Both the position numbers and the translations under genes were made by a program. This document shows positions 44,528 through 54,063 of a stretch of DNA of 64,000 bases, one piece after another; position 1 is the first letter of the stretch, and each line of letters starts with the position of its first letter. Origin of the DNA: an uncultured Pseudobdellovibrionaceae bacterium (lineage in GTDB: Bacteria; Bdellovibrionota; Bdellovibrionia; Bdellovibrionales; UBA1609). Under the pieces are notes generated by a model. It ran no database searches. It was not told the origin of the DNA and worked only from the letters and a program-made list of their open reading frames with translations. The stretch covers positions 8,701 through 72,700 of the forward strand of contig CAYMDP010000007.1 of the NCBI GenBank assembly GCA_964389375.1, read 5' to 3'.

Positions 44528-45696
44528 TGAGGATTGGATCTCTAATCTGCATCGCGTTTATTGGGCTTAGTATTCAGCCTAGGTTTGCTGAAGCCTTTGC
44601 ACTGTTTGACGCAAATACTTCAGTGCGAGCCCTGGGAATGGGAAATGCATATTTTGGAGTTGTTAAAGATGCGGATTCGCTTTTTTATAATCCAGCGGGG
44701 CTGGCTCGGACCACGGGATACAATTGGGTCATTGTCGATGTCAAAGTTGGTGGAAGTGGTGAACAGATCCTTGATACAGTCGAAGATATTCAAGATAGTG
44801 ATTCTTTTGATGAGACTGTAAGGTCTCTTTACGGAAAAAGTATTTGGCTTGGGGCGGGGGCAAAGTCGGCCTTCAGTATGCCCAATTTTGGAATTGCAGT
44901 TTATGACAATTTGGACGCAAGTGTTTTGGTCGAAAATCCGGTTTACCCGAATCTAGACATTAATGTGATTAACGATTTTGGTTACGTGTTGGGAGCAAGT
45001 CTTCCGATTCTGCCTATCTTTCAAATGGGTATCGTACTTAAGCACATACAACGAACAGGATCTCGAGTGCCCTTTGGTGCAAGCTTTGTGGGCAGTCTTG
45101 ATCCAGATGCGATCACCTCGAACATCGAAAAAAAGGGAACGGGCTACGGAATGGATCTTGGAGCGAACTTTGTAACTCCGGGGCCAATCGAAGCTGTGTT
45201 CTCATTTGTTTGGAAAAACGTGGGGGTCACAAAGTACAAAGCCGATGATCTTCTTGAGGGCCCACCTTCAGATGTAGATGAAATGAGTGTCGGGGCCGCC
45301 GTTAATATTGACTTGCCGCTTTTGTCGATCAGTCCAGCAATTGATATTCGCTATTTGAATCAACCTGAACTTCAGATGGGAAAAAAGCTGAACTTGGGGG
45401 TTGAAATTGGACTTCCCCTGTTGGATATTCGAGCGGGCTTCCATCAAGGATATTACACTCTGGGTGCTGGAGTGAATTTGGGTCTACTGCGTTTTGATGC
45501 GGCGACATACGGAGTCGAACTCGGGGAGTATCCCGGTCAGATTGAAGATCGCAGGTACGTGGCTCAGTTGACTCTTGAGTTTGGTTTTGATCCAGGTTCT
45601 TCGGGCGGAATTTTTGGTGGTGGCCTCCGAGGAGGTAGCGGCGGCGGTGGAAGTCGTTCCGTATGGGGCGGAAAGAGATTGAAGCAGCGGCGCTAG
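44524..45696 (+). CDS. FadL/TodX/PorV-like outer-membrane barrel, paralog 3, with a Gly-rich/basic C-terminal extension
   Basis: ATGA start/stop overlap with lipoprotein B. RALGMGNAYFGVVKDADSLFYNPAGLA motif. RRYVAQLTLEF is followed by a 37-aa GFDPGSSGG…GGKRLKQRR tail. Confidence 0.6.
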   Translation: MMRIGSLICIAFIGLSIQPRFAEAFALFDANTSVRALGMGNAYFGVVKDADSLFYNPAGLARTTGYNWVIVDVKVGGSGEQILDTVEDIQDSDSFDETVRSLYGKSIWLGAGAKSAFSMPNFGIAVYDNLDASVLVENPVYPNLDINVINDFGYVLGASLPILPIFQMGIVLKHIQRTGSRVPFGASFVGSLDPDAITSNIEKKGTGYGMDLGANFVTPGPIEAVFSFVWKNVGVTKYKADDLLEGPPSDVDEMSVGAAVNIDLPLLSISPAIDIRYLNQPELQMGKKLNLGVEIGLPLLDIRAGFHQGYYTLGAGVNLGLLRFDAATYGVELGEYPGQIEDRRYVAQLTLEFGFDPGSSGGIFGGGLRGGSGGGGSRSVWGGKRLKQRR

Positions 45697-45703
45697 ACAG
45701 AAC

Positions 45704-48415
45704 TTGCGAATCATAAAAATTCCACATCCAAATGCCAAATTGGATCATCTTGAGTCCTTTAATCCAAAAAGCCAAACCTGGCTCGTGGCGGATTTAAAAT
45801 CTAAAATTGAAATTCAAAAACGCTTATTAAAAGTTCATGGCTTTTTAGAAGAAGATGCGGTGTTAAGAGCCAGCGAACTATGGCGAAAGCTTTTGCTTAG
45901 ATCCAGACCAGATTTTAGGGTGATTAGTCGCGACCTTGCTCAAGTTCTAATTCGCGAGAAAATGAAAGAGAGCTCTAACGAATGGGCAAAAAATCCAGGA
46001 GCGGTGAAATTACTTTTTGAATATATTCAGCAACTTTTGCCGATCTTAAGTGAGCCAGATGGAATCGAACTTTTAGGGGCTTGGCTTAAAGAAAATCCTG
46101 AAAGTGCTTTGCGCTGGGGCCATTGGGCCCACCTGGCCCACGAAATATGGGCCTGGCTTGAGAATGAAAAATTGATTCCAGGCACTTGGATTAAGGGGTT
46201 GTTGGCGCACAGTGCCTCTTGCCCAATTTGGAATCGTGATCTTCGCGTCGATTTGGGCATCGACTTTTCTCCTGCAGAGGTTCGGATTTTTCAGACTCAA
46301 AGTCAGGAAAAAGACCTCACGATATTTCAACCTGAGGCGAAGTGGGCCGGTGCTCTTCGGGGACCCATGCAAAGCTACAAGCTTTTGCAAGAGTCGGCAG
46401 ACGAAAAGCCCGCAGCAAATTCAAAAATTTTAGAAGGTGTTCAGGCCTTTCGATTTCGCACTCAAGTTTCTGAAGTGAAATGGCTGACTGCCAAAATTCG
46501 AGAGCTTCTTGATTCAGGCACTCGGCCAGACAGGATTGTAGTCGCGGCAGAAGACATTGAATCCTACTGGCTCGCTTTAAGAAATTATTTTCGAGTTGAA
46601 GGATTTCCCGTTCAGAAAAGCCAAGTGCTTCGGATGCAAAGTCTTCCCTTGATATCGGTTTGGCTGTCGGACCTAAGAATTTGCTCTGGTCGACTAAGCT
46701 CTTCGGACCTTGAGAGTTCGCTTTTTTCGGAAGCTCAACCGCAAGCCTTAAACTTCGATCGCTTTCGTCAGATTTTTTCTAATGTTTACGGTTTTGAGGA
46801 TTTGGCTCGCGATAAAAAAGTCGAAGAATTATTTCGCACGCGCATTCACCTGGATTCAGAGCCCTTGTCACGAGATCAGTTTGTCGCCTGGGCTCTGGGC
46901 CTGTGGAAAAAAGAACCCACCGAGTCTTTAAACCGATTTTTTCAAGACTTTTTTTCGGATTGTCCTGCAAGTCTTCAGCTTGAGCTGGGAGCGTGGATTG
47001 AAGTTCTCGAACGAATTGCAGCGAAGTCAGAAATCGAAATCGAAGCTGCTGACGCAAGCGGAATTCAGCTTTTAAGTTTGGAAGCCGCAGAACTTGCGGA
47101 CTGCGAAGTTTTATTTGTTTTAGGCGCGACCGAATCGAGCTTAAGAAGAGTCCTAGGCACCGGTTTGTCCACTAGAGATGTCGAGAAAATTCACCAGGAT
47201 CTTGGTTTTATGCTGTCTTCGCCAGATTGTTCGGATCAAGAATGGCAAGCCCGCTGGATTTTAGAGAAGCCAGGTATAAATGCATTTTTAAGCTTTTCTG
47301 AAAGTGATTTTCAGGGAGACGCGCAAGCCCCATCCAGATTGTGGCTTGAGTGCGCAAGGCAAATGGGGAAGGATTCTTCGCAACTCGATCCTCTAGGTCT
47401 GACTCGCTGGGATTGGATTCAGCTGCACGCTCAAAAACATCATGCGGATCGAGAGGTCTTACTTCAAAGTGTCGAACAAGATCTGGGGCTTCAGGCCTTG
47501 CCTTCTTTTGCCGCAGATTACTCATTTTCCCTTTCTGCCTCTCAGCTTGAAAACTATAATGAGTGTCCCTTTGTTTTTGCTGCAAATAAACTCTTTGGAC
47601 TTTCGGACCTTCCAAATATTGATTTAGATCTAGATCATATGACCAAGGGCAAAATTGCCCATGCCCTTTTAGAAGTACTTTTGACCGAGCCCATTCGCTT
47701 TGACCCGAGTGAGAGTGAACTTGAGGGGCTTATTGAGTCCTGTCTAAAGTCCGAAAAAATTATTATGGGCGAGCCAAAGCTAAAGCCTCTTTTTATGAAA
47801 AAATATAAAAAACTGGCTTATGATTTTTTGGCTTTCGAGAAAGCCTGGCGCGAAAAATTTCCTCTGACTAAAACTGTAGCGAAAGAAGCCTCGATCAATG
47901 GGAATTGGAGCCTAAAACAAAAACGCCTGGTTCCAGAGAATCAACCCGAAGGCCCCGCCTTTAAGGGTTTCATTGACCGAATTGATGAGGGAAAAGATCA
48001 ATCCCTCGTACTGATCGACTACAAAAGCTCAGGTGCGGGTTTAAGAAACATTAAGTCCTGGAACCAAGGCGGAGACTTTCAGCTTGCTTTATATACCTTG
48101 GCCATTGAAAGAGGTTGCCACGAGCTTGGGGCCCGACCCGTCGATGCGGCCGTTTATTTAAGTCTAAAGGATATGAATCGAGAAAAGGGCTTCGCTTTAA
48201 AAAGTTCAGAGAGCGAACTTTTTTCGGTTGAGGGAAGAAAGGGTTATTTGGTTTCGGAAGAAGAGAAATTAAAAATGTTAAGCGAAGTTGAGCTCAGTAT
48301 TTCGCAGATTGTTGAGCAAATGGGTGAGGGCGTATTTGCGCCTAAACCTAAAGATAAAAACCAATGTTTTCAGTGTTCATGGAGGGGCTTATGTCGAGCG
48401 ACTCACCTCAGCTAG
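45704..48415 (+). CDS. AddB-like helicase-nuclease subunit (no Walker A seen; C-terminal PD-(D/E)XK nuclease with a 4-Cys cluster)
   Basis: C-terminal GFIDRID…LIDYKSS nuclease motif. Cys at ECPFVF plus CFQCSWRGLC (AddB-type Fe-S pattern). Immediately upstream of, and overlapping, the AddA-like gene. TTG start. Confidence 0.7.
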   Translation: MRIIKIPHPNAKLDHLESFNPKSQTWLVADLKSKIEIQKRLLKVHGFLEEDAVLRASELWRKLLLRSRPDFRVISRDLAQVLIREKMKESSNEWAKNPGAVKLLFEYIQQLLPILSEPDGIELLGAWLKENPESALRWGHWAHLAHEIWAWLENEKLIPGTWIKGLLAHSASCPIWNRDLRVDLGIDFSPAEVRIFQTQSQEKDLTIFQPEAKWAGALRGPMQSYKLLQESADEKPAANSKILEGVQAFRFRTQVSEVKWLTAKIRELLDSGTRPDRIVVAAEDIESYWLALRNYFRVEGFPVQKSQVLRMQSLPLISVWLSDLRICSGRLSSSDLESSLFSEAQPQALNFDRFRQIFSNVYGFEDLARDKKVEELFRTRIHLDSEPLSRDQFVAWALGLWKKEPTESLNRFFQDFFSDCPASLQLELGAWIEVLERIAAKSEIEIEAADASGIQLLSLEAAELADCEVLFVLGATESSLRRVLGTGLSTRDVEKIHQDLGFMLSSPDCSDQEWQARWILEKPGINAFLSFSESDFQGDAQAPSRLWLECARQMGKDSSQLDPLGLTRWDWIQLHAQKHHADREVLLQSVEQDLGLQALPSFAADYSFSLSASQLENYNECPFVFAANKLFGLSDLPNIDLDLDHMTKGKIAHALLEVLLTEPIRFDPSESELEGLIESCLKSEKIIMGEPKLKPLFMKKYKKLAYDFLAFEKAWREKFPLTKTVAKEASINGNWSLKQKRLVPENQPEGPAFKGFIDRIDEGKDQSLVLIDYKSSGAGLRNIKSWNQGGDFQLALYTLAIERGCHELGARPVDAAVYLSLKDMNREKGFALKSSESELFSVEGRKGYLVSEEEKLKMLSEVELSISQIVEQMGEGVFAPKPKDKNQCFQCSWRGLCRATHLS

Positions 48416-51400
48416 AGTCCCTTGTCGTCCGAGCGGGTGCAGGGGCCGGAAAGACAAGCCGGCTGGTCAAGACGGTTCTTGATCTGGCGAATGACTTTAT
48501 CGAGAAAACCGGAAAGCCCCCACGTCTTGTTGTGACCACATTTACTCGAAAGGCCACTCAAGAGCTTAAAGAGCGTTTGGTCATAGATGCCTTTGATCGA
48601 AAGCAAGAAGCTTTGCTCGATTTTGTGTCTTCTAGAAGTCAGTTACATATTTCGACCATTCATGGGGTTTTAAGTCTTTTTTTAAGACGCTATGGGCATC
48701 TTGCAAACCTAGATAACAACTTTGGCGTTCTTTCTGAGTCCGAGGCCTTAAGGCAGGCAAAGTCTATCTTTAGAGATATTTTTTTAGAAGATCCATCTCG
48801 CGATGATTTGATTGAAACCTTTGATCTTTCTCAATGGGTGCAGTTTGGAAGATGGTATGAAGCTTTGTTGTGTGAGCGACCGGACTTGAAGTCTCATGAC
48901 AAGGGTATTTTCTCGAAAGTCTTCGAAACCAAAAAGCTAGACTGGGTCAGTCGCTTTAAGGCGATCTCTAAACGGATTTTATCCGAAACCGATGATGAAG
49001 ACTTTGGTGACTATGCGGGAGTGTTGGCTCAAGTCGCGGACTATCTTATAGAGGCTGGCCCTGAAGATTTTCAAAAAAAGGCCCAAAGCTCCATCGAGGC
49101 TATGCCTTCAAAACCCAGGATGATTGCAAAAAATCCGAAGATTAGCGAAGAGCTAAACCAGGATCTGATGAAACTTTTAAAAGATTTTAAAGCGGAACTT
49201 GAAAGCGAGACTTTAAATTCTGAAAAATGGATCGAGTGGATTCAGCAAAATCAAGAAATTGAGCCCGTTTTAAAAAAATTTGTAAAGTTATTTTCGCAGT
49301 ATAAAAAAACGACCGGGCAGTTCGAAATTCGAGACCTCGAACTTTTTACTTTAGAGATCGTGCAAAGCTCCCCCGAGCTGGCTGAGGCATTTTCAGCAGA
49401 CTGGGACTATTGGATGATTGATGAATATCAAGATACCAGTCCCTTACAAGTTCAGATTTTAAAAAGTTTAGTTGGAAAGCGTGAAAGCTTTGTGGTTGGA
49501 GACCCTCAGCAAAGTATCTATTTGTTTCGAGGGGCGCGAAGCGAAGTTTTTACTGAACGGGAAGAAAGTCTAAAGCGGAGTGGCGGACGAACAGAGACTC
49601 AGTTAGTGAACTTTAGGTCCAACCCCCCACTGCTAAAGTTTTTTAATGATTTTTTTCTTAAGCTGAGTCCCGATCATTTTGTGTCTATGAGTCCCGGAAA
49701 GAAAGACACGGATTTTTCTGGACCCGCAGTCAGTCTATATAAGGCCCCCTTGCTCGAAAAAGAAGCCGATCCGCGGGCAAATGAAAATTTAAGTATTGTT
49801 CACCATGTTCTAAAATTAGTTCGGGAGCAGGGTGCAAAGTTTGATGAGATCTGTATTCTCTCTAGAAAAAACAGCATTTTGATGGAGCTTGCGCAAAGCC
49901 TTCAGTCTTTTGGATTGCCCACCCATGTCCATGCCGCTTCGGGATTTTATGAAAGACGCGAGATTCAAGATGCTTTGGCAATTTTAAAATTTCTTTTAAA
50001 TCCTCATGACGATTTAAATTTATTGTCTGTAATGCGTTCGCCTTGGTTTCGGGTGCCGGATCAAACGCTAAGGGACTGGGCCAAACTGCGTGGCCTTAAG
50101 TCTTATTGGTCCTTTGTGGAATCACTTGATAGTAAGCCTGAGGCGGCAACAAAACTGACTCAGATTCTTCATGATCGAGATCGGATTGGAGTTGCAGCAA
50201 GTTTTGAAAAAACAGTGCTTGAATGTGGTCTGATTGATTTCGCAAGGTTTCATGATCCGACGGGACGACGGGAGTCGAACCTCTGGAAACTCTTAGTTCA
50301 GGTCTCTAAAGAAGAAAAAATGCCGGGCTTAAGTTGGCTGAGTCTTCTAGATCCAAATTTAAAAAAATCCAGGGACCTGGATCAATCGGACGAAAGTGAT
50401 GCCGTGGCTTCGATGGAGCCAAACTGTATTAACTTAATGACCGTTCACGCCTCTAAGGGCCTGCAGTTTAAGCATGTCATTATCCCAAGGTGTGATCAGG
50501 GACCAAAACATAACAATTGGCAGCCTCAGGTTTATTGTGAAGAAACGGGCTCATGGGGATTAGCTTTTAAATCTGAGGAAGAAGGCAAGCTGAAGTTAAG
50601 TTTAGTGGATCGCTTTGCCCTTCAGAGTTTTAAGACTCGCGAGTTAGAAGAGTATGATCGATTGCTTTATGTGGCGATGACTCGCGCCAAAGAAAGCCTT
50701 TGTTTAACTTGGGCCGGTGAACCCGATAGCCAGTCTTGGATGGGAAGATCTCAGTGGCTGTTAAATATAGAAGGTGAAAAAGATTTTAAGGATTATAAAG
50801 TATTCTCGGACTCTGGTCCCTGGAACCCTGAGAAGTGGCTTTCACTTGATGGAAAAAGCGATGTTCCTTTACTGCCTTTCCCAAAATCAGAAGTGGAAGC
50901 CCCAGAAATCTTAAGCAGAATTAGTGTTAGTCAGCTTTTGGAAGAGGAAATGGATTCCGCTTTGGGATCGGGACGCACAAATGAGGTCCGCGCGGAAGAT
51001 TTAAGACGGGCTGCCGAGGGAGTCTTGTTTCATCGCTTGATGGAGTCCATGCATTACCAGTCTGAATTGGCTTTTGTAGACCTTGCGAAGTCTTGGCTGG
51101 ATTTGCCAGAGGTAAAGATTTTGGAGCTGAAGGAATTTTTGGAAAATCTAAAGAGCCCTCCTTTGAAGCGACTCTTAGAGACGGGTCATGTCGAGTGGGG
51201 CTTTCAGCTCTTAGAGGGCTCAAGAATTATCGAAGGTCAGATCGACCTTTGGGGAGAAGATCAGGAGACGGTTTGGCTTGTGGATTACAAAACGGGATCT
51301 GATCGCTACCTCGAAAAAGCTATGAAGCAACTTGATATTTATGCTCGTGCGCTAAGAAAAAGTGGAATCAAAAAACCGATTCAGCGCGCAGTCATTTTCC

Positions 51401-51444
51401 CAATGCTGAAAAAAGTTTTTACTGAGCCGTCGACCACAAATTAG
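48391..51444 (+). CDS. UvrD/Rep-family helicase with a C-terminal RecB-type nuclease (AddA-like)
   Basis: AGAGAGKTS Walker A, MIDEYQDTSPLQ, VGDPQQSIYLFRGA, TVHASKGLQF, C-terminal WLVDYKTG. I prefer ATG 48391 (RBS GGAGGGG) over the tracked 48364. Confidence 0.85.
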   Translation: MSSDSPQLESLVVRAGAGAGKTSRLVKTVLDLANDFIEKTGKPPRLVVTTFTRKATQELKERLVIDAFDRKQEALLDFVSSRSQLHISTIHGVLSLFLRRYGHLANLDNNFGVLSESEALRQAKSIFRDIFLEDPSRDDLIETFDLSQWVQFGRWYEALLCERPDLKSHDKGIFSKVFETKKLDWVSRFKAISKRILSETDDEDFGDYAGVLAQVADYLIEAGPEDFQKKAQSSIEAMPSKPRMIAKNPKISEELNQDLMKLLKDFKAELESETLNSEKWIEWIQQNQEIEPVLKKFVKLFSQYKKTTGQFEIRDLELFTLEIVQSSPELAEAFSADWDYWMIDEYQDTSPLQVQILKSLVGKRESFVVGDPQQSIYLFRGARSEVFTEREESLKRSGGRTETQLVNFRSNPPLLKFFNDFFLKLSPDHFVSMSPGKKDTDFSGPAVSLYKAPLLEKEADPRANENLSIVHHVLKLVREQGAKFDEICILSRKNSILMELAQSLQSFGLPTHVHAASGFYERREIQDALAILKFLLNPHDDLNLLSVMRSPWFRVPDQTLRDWAKLRGLKSYWSFVESLDSKPEAATKLTQILHDRDRIGVAASFEKTVLECGLIDFARFHDPTGRRESNLWKLLVQVSKEEKMPGLSWLSLLDPNLKKSRDLDQSDESDAVASMEPNCINLMTVHASKGLQFKHVIIPRCDQGPKHNNWQPQVYCEETGSWGLAFKSEEEGKLKLSLVDRFALQSFKTRELEEYDRLLYVAMTRAKESLCLTWAGEPDSQSWMGRSQWLLNIEGEKDFKDYKVFSDSGPWNPEKWLSLDGKSDVPLLPFPKSEVEAPEILSRISVSQLLEEEMDSALGSGRTNEVRAEDLRRAAEGVLFHRLMESMHYQSELAFVDLAKSWLDLPEVKILELKEFLENLKSPPLKRLLETGHVEWGFQLLEGSRIIEGQIDLWGEDQETVWLVDYKTGSDRYLEKAMKQLDIYARALRKSGIKKPIQRAVIFPMLKKVFTEPSTTN

Positions 51445-51484
51445 GGTTTTGATAACAAAGACCTCAATGCTAGGGTCTCGTGAT

Positions 51485-52372
51485 TTACTTGCGGCCCGTG
51501 GCTCCAGATCCGGAAGAAGAGCTGCTTCCGAAGGCTCTTTTTTCTCCGAACTTGGTCTCGTTGCAAGTGGCAATCAATTCTCCCATCAAAGCTAGGTCAA
51601 GATTGGCTTGCTTAATCTGACCTCGGCTTTTTGCAAGATCATCAGCCTTTTTTCCTTTGACCTTAATGTCAGACGAGAGGCCTAGGGATTCTAAGACTGA
51701 GTGTGTGAATCCGGCGTCTTTCTTTTTTAAAGAGGTCTGTTTCATTTGGAATTCAATCGCAGCAAGATCTTGTTTTACGACCTCGTCGTACTGATTGGGA
51801 AACTGAGGGTCCGCGTAAAGTTTGGTTACAAGTTGAGAGAGATACTGGCACTGGCCAGCGAGGTCTTGGATTCTTTTGGCTCCAACTGCGTCAATTCTAT
51901 TTCGTCGAAGATTATTTTTGATACTCTCGCAGAGCCGGGATGTCGCCGTAACACAATCCAAAGAGGTCCCGTCGGATTCTGATGTGTCTAAAGACAGACA
52001 TAACGTTTTACTGCGAATGCCGTCTTGATAGAGTGTCGTGGTGGATGCCAGAACATTTTTATTCTCAGGGGATTTATCTATGCTACCTTCTGTAAGTCTC
52101 CAAACTTGATCTTCGATTTTTGTGTCCTTCTCATAATTGATAAAGACAGAATTGTTTTTAGGTAGATCGAGAGAAATTCGGTTTTCTACTTGGGTCAGTT
52201 TTGCATCGAGCTTCTTCATTTCTGCAGGGCTAAGGGTAAGAGTTGGTCGGCCTTTGTCGATTTCAAAGAATTCTCTATTGAAAAGCGCTCTATTAACGAC
52301 TCCATCATTCGGCTGCGCAAAGGATTGAAGAGGGGCGAGAAGCATGGGCATAATTAAAACAAAGATTTTCAT
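51485..52372 (-). CDS. Secreted hypothetical protein
   Basis: Signal peptide MKIFVLIMPMLLAPLQSFAQ. 295 aa with a Ser/Gly-rich C-terminus. Confidence 0.6.
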   Translation of the reverse strand: MKIFVLIMPMLLAPLQSFAQPNDGVVNRALFNREFFEIDKGRPTLTLSPAEMKKLDAKLTQVENRISLDLPKNNSVFINYEKDTKIEDQVWRLTEGSIDKSPENKNVLASTTTLYQDGIRSKTLCLSLDTSESDGTSLDCVTATSRLCESIKNNLRRNRIDAVGAKRIQDLAGQCQYLSQLVTKLYADPQFPNQYDEVVKQDLAAIEFQMKQTSLKKKDAGFTHSVLESLGLSSDIKVKGKKADDLAKSRGQIKQANLDLALMGELIATCNETKFGEKRAFGSSSSSGSGATGRK

Positions 52373-52593
52373 AATCTCTTACTCCATGGCTGGGCCGAGC
52401 ACTTATATGACTAGGCAAATGACAAACTTTTAACCTTCAATAGGCTTCTTATATTCTACCGAAACCTACATTAAAGAGTAAAGATCCAGTCAGCGGATCC
52501 AGTCTTGACAAAAGACTAGGAGATCCTGTGGGGAGTATCTTGAGGGTTTAGGAGTTGATGGAAATAAGTTCAGTGGCCCCATCTCTTGAGAGG

Positions 52594-53178
52594 CTAAGGG
52601 TTAAAATCGAATTCGGCGCTGCCTTGAGAACTTGTCACAATTAAGCGCACTGGGGTTCTTTCAGAGACTGAAGTTGGAATTTCAAATAGAACTTCGTAGG
52701 GAGTGTGAAAACGACCAAAGAAGGGGTAGGTATTGTGCAAATCTGCGGGACTCGTCATTAACTTTCGGATCTTGGCCTCAAGGCGCCGTCCATCAACTTC
52801 AAGGTACACTTTCCAAATCGACTTGGCGGGAACATGAAGATTATTTTGTTCTCGATCCGGGGTAAAGAAACTTAAGAAAAAGCGTGTTGAGGACGAGCTT
52901 TCTTGAAAACCTTTTTCGCGCTCTTTCAGGTACTCGTCTTGGTTCCATTGCAGAAAATCCGCCCGTCGTCTAAGGACAGCCTCTTGGACCTTTGTATTTA
53001 AGAAAATAATTGAGGCATCAAAGCGGTTGTAAAAGCCATCATACTTCTTTTTATTCTGGGTATAGGCCGACGTGATCTCTTTATATTCTGAGTCGGTGAT
53101 TCGTCTTTCGATCGAGCCCTTTTGAGTCGAAGCACAACTAGATAGGACCAGACCAAGCATCAATACAAAGATTCTCAT
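52594..53178 (-). CDS. Lipoprotein (function unknown)
   Basis: Lipobox VLSSC. 194 aa. 4-nt overlap with the upstream hydrolase gene. Confidence 0.65.
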   Translation of the reverse strand: MRIFVLMLGLVLSSCASTQKGSIERRITDSEYKEITSAYTQNKKKYDGFYNRFDASIIFLNTKVQEAVLRRRADFLQWNQDEYLKEREKGFQESSSSTRFFLSFFTPDREQNNLHVPAKSIWKVYLEVDGRRLEAKIRKLMTSPADLHNTYPFFGRFHTPYEVLFEIPTSVSERTPVRLIVTSSQGSAEFDFNP

Positions 53179-54023
53179 TTTTGCCCCAGGAAAGAATTAA
53201 TGAATTTTTTTAAATCTGCAAATGCAAGATCGCGATCCAAATCATTGTAAATCTCGTGAAGACTGTCTGGATAGATGTGGATTTCTTTCTTCTCGGAGCC
53301 CACGTTTTGGTAAAAACGATTCGAAGCTTCAAGGCTGACCATTTTGTCTTTACCCGCACTTTGCATCAAAAGCGGAATGCGGATTTCTTTCGCTCGAGCC
53401 TTAAACATTTCGAAACTTTCAAGCATCCCAAGGTAAATGGCAGGGCATACTTTGTCATGTCTTAAGGGATCCGAAGGGTAAAGCTTTAGCATGTCTTCGT
53501 CGCGGGATAGATCTTCGTAGCGAATTTCATTATGAAGAGTCAAAGAGGGCAGCCAACGGTTTGCCACTCGAGCCACCTGATCTTTGATTTTTGGAACCTT
53601 AAGAGCCAGACCAAAGGCCGGAGAGCTTAAACAAAGGGCTTTCATGTCGAGAGGTCCATATTCAAGAACTGCTCGTGCCGAGATCAAGCCGCCCATCGAG
53701 TGACCAAAAAGAATGGTGGGTCCAGAAGAGCTTCTCTCTTTTTGAACCTCGTCGTACAGACGAAAAAGATCTTTTTCATACTCGTTGAAGTTGCGAACGA
53801 ATCCGCGCTTTCCCTCGGACTTACCGTGTCCGCGCAGATCCCAAGCAAAAGTTTCCCAGCCCTCGTCGGCCATCCGTTTTGCGAAGGGATGGTAACAATC
53901 AGAGTGTTCGGCAATTCCGTGAGTCAGGACGATAGTCCCGCGAGCCCCTTCGGGCTGCCAAATCTGATAAAAAAGTTCGGCTTCGTCGTATCCTCGAAAG
54001 GAGCTTTCAAATCTTTGCAACAT
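53175..54023 (-). CDS. Alpha/beta hydrolase, lysophospholipase / monoacylglycerol-lipase-like
   Basis: HG oxyanion motif (LTHGIAEH), GHSMGG nucleophile elbow, and a C-terminal HE… acid/His region. Confidence 0.75.
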   Translation of the reverse strand: MLQRFESSFRGYDEAELFYQIWQPEGARGTIVLTHGIAEHSDCYHPFAKRMADEGWETFAWDLRGHGKSEGKRGFVRNFNEYEKDLFRLYDEVQKERSSSGPTILFGHSMGGLISARAVLEYGPLDMKALCLSSPAFGLALKVPKIKDQVARVANRWLPSLTLHNEIRYEDLSRDEDMLKLYPSDPLRHDKVCPAIYLGMLESFEMFKARAKEIRIPLLMQSAGKDKMVSLEASNRFYQNVGSEKKEIHIYPDSLHEIYNDLDRDLAFADLKKFINSFLGQK

Positions 54024-54063
54024 GGGTTTAATATTAGAAGATAGCTCAAAGGGGTCAAGTCTG

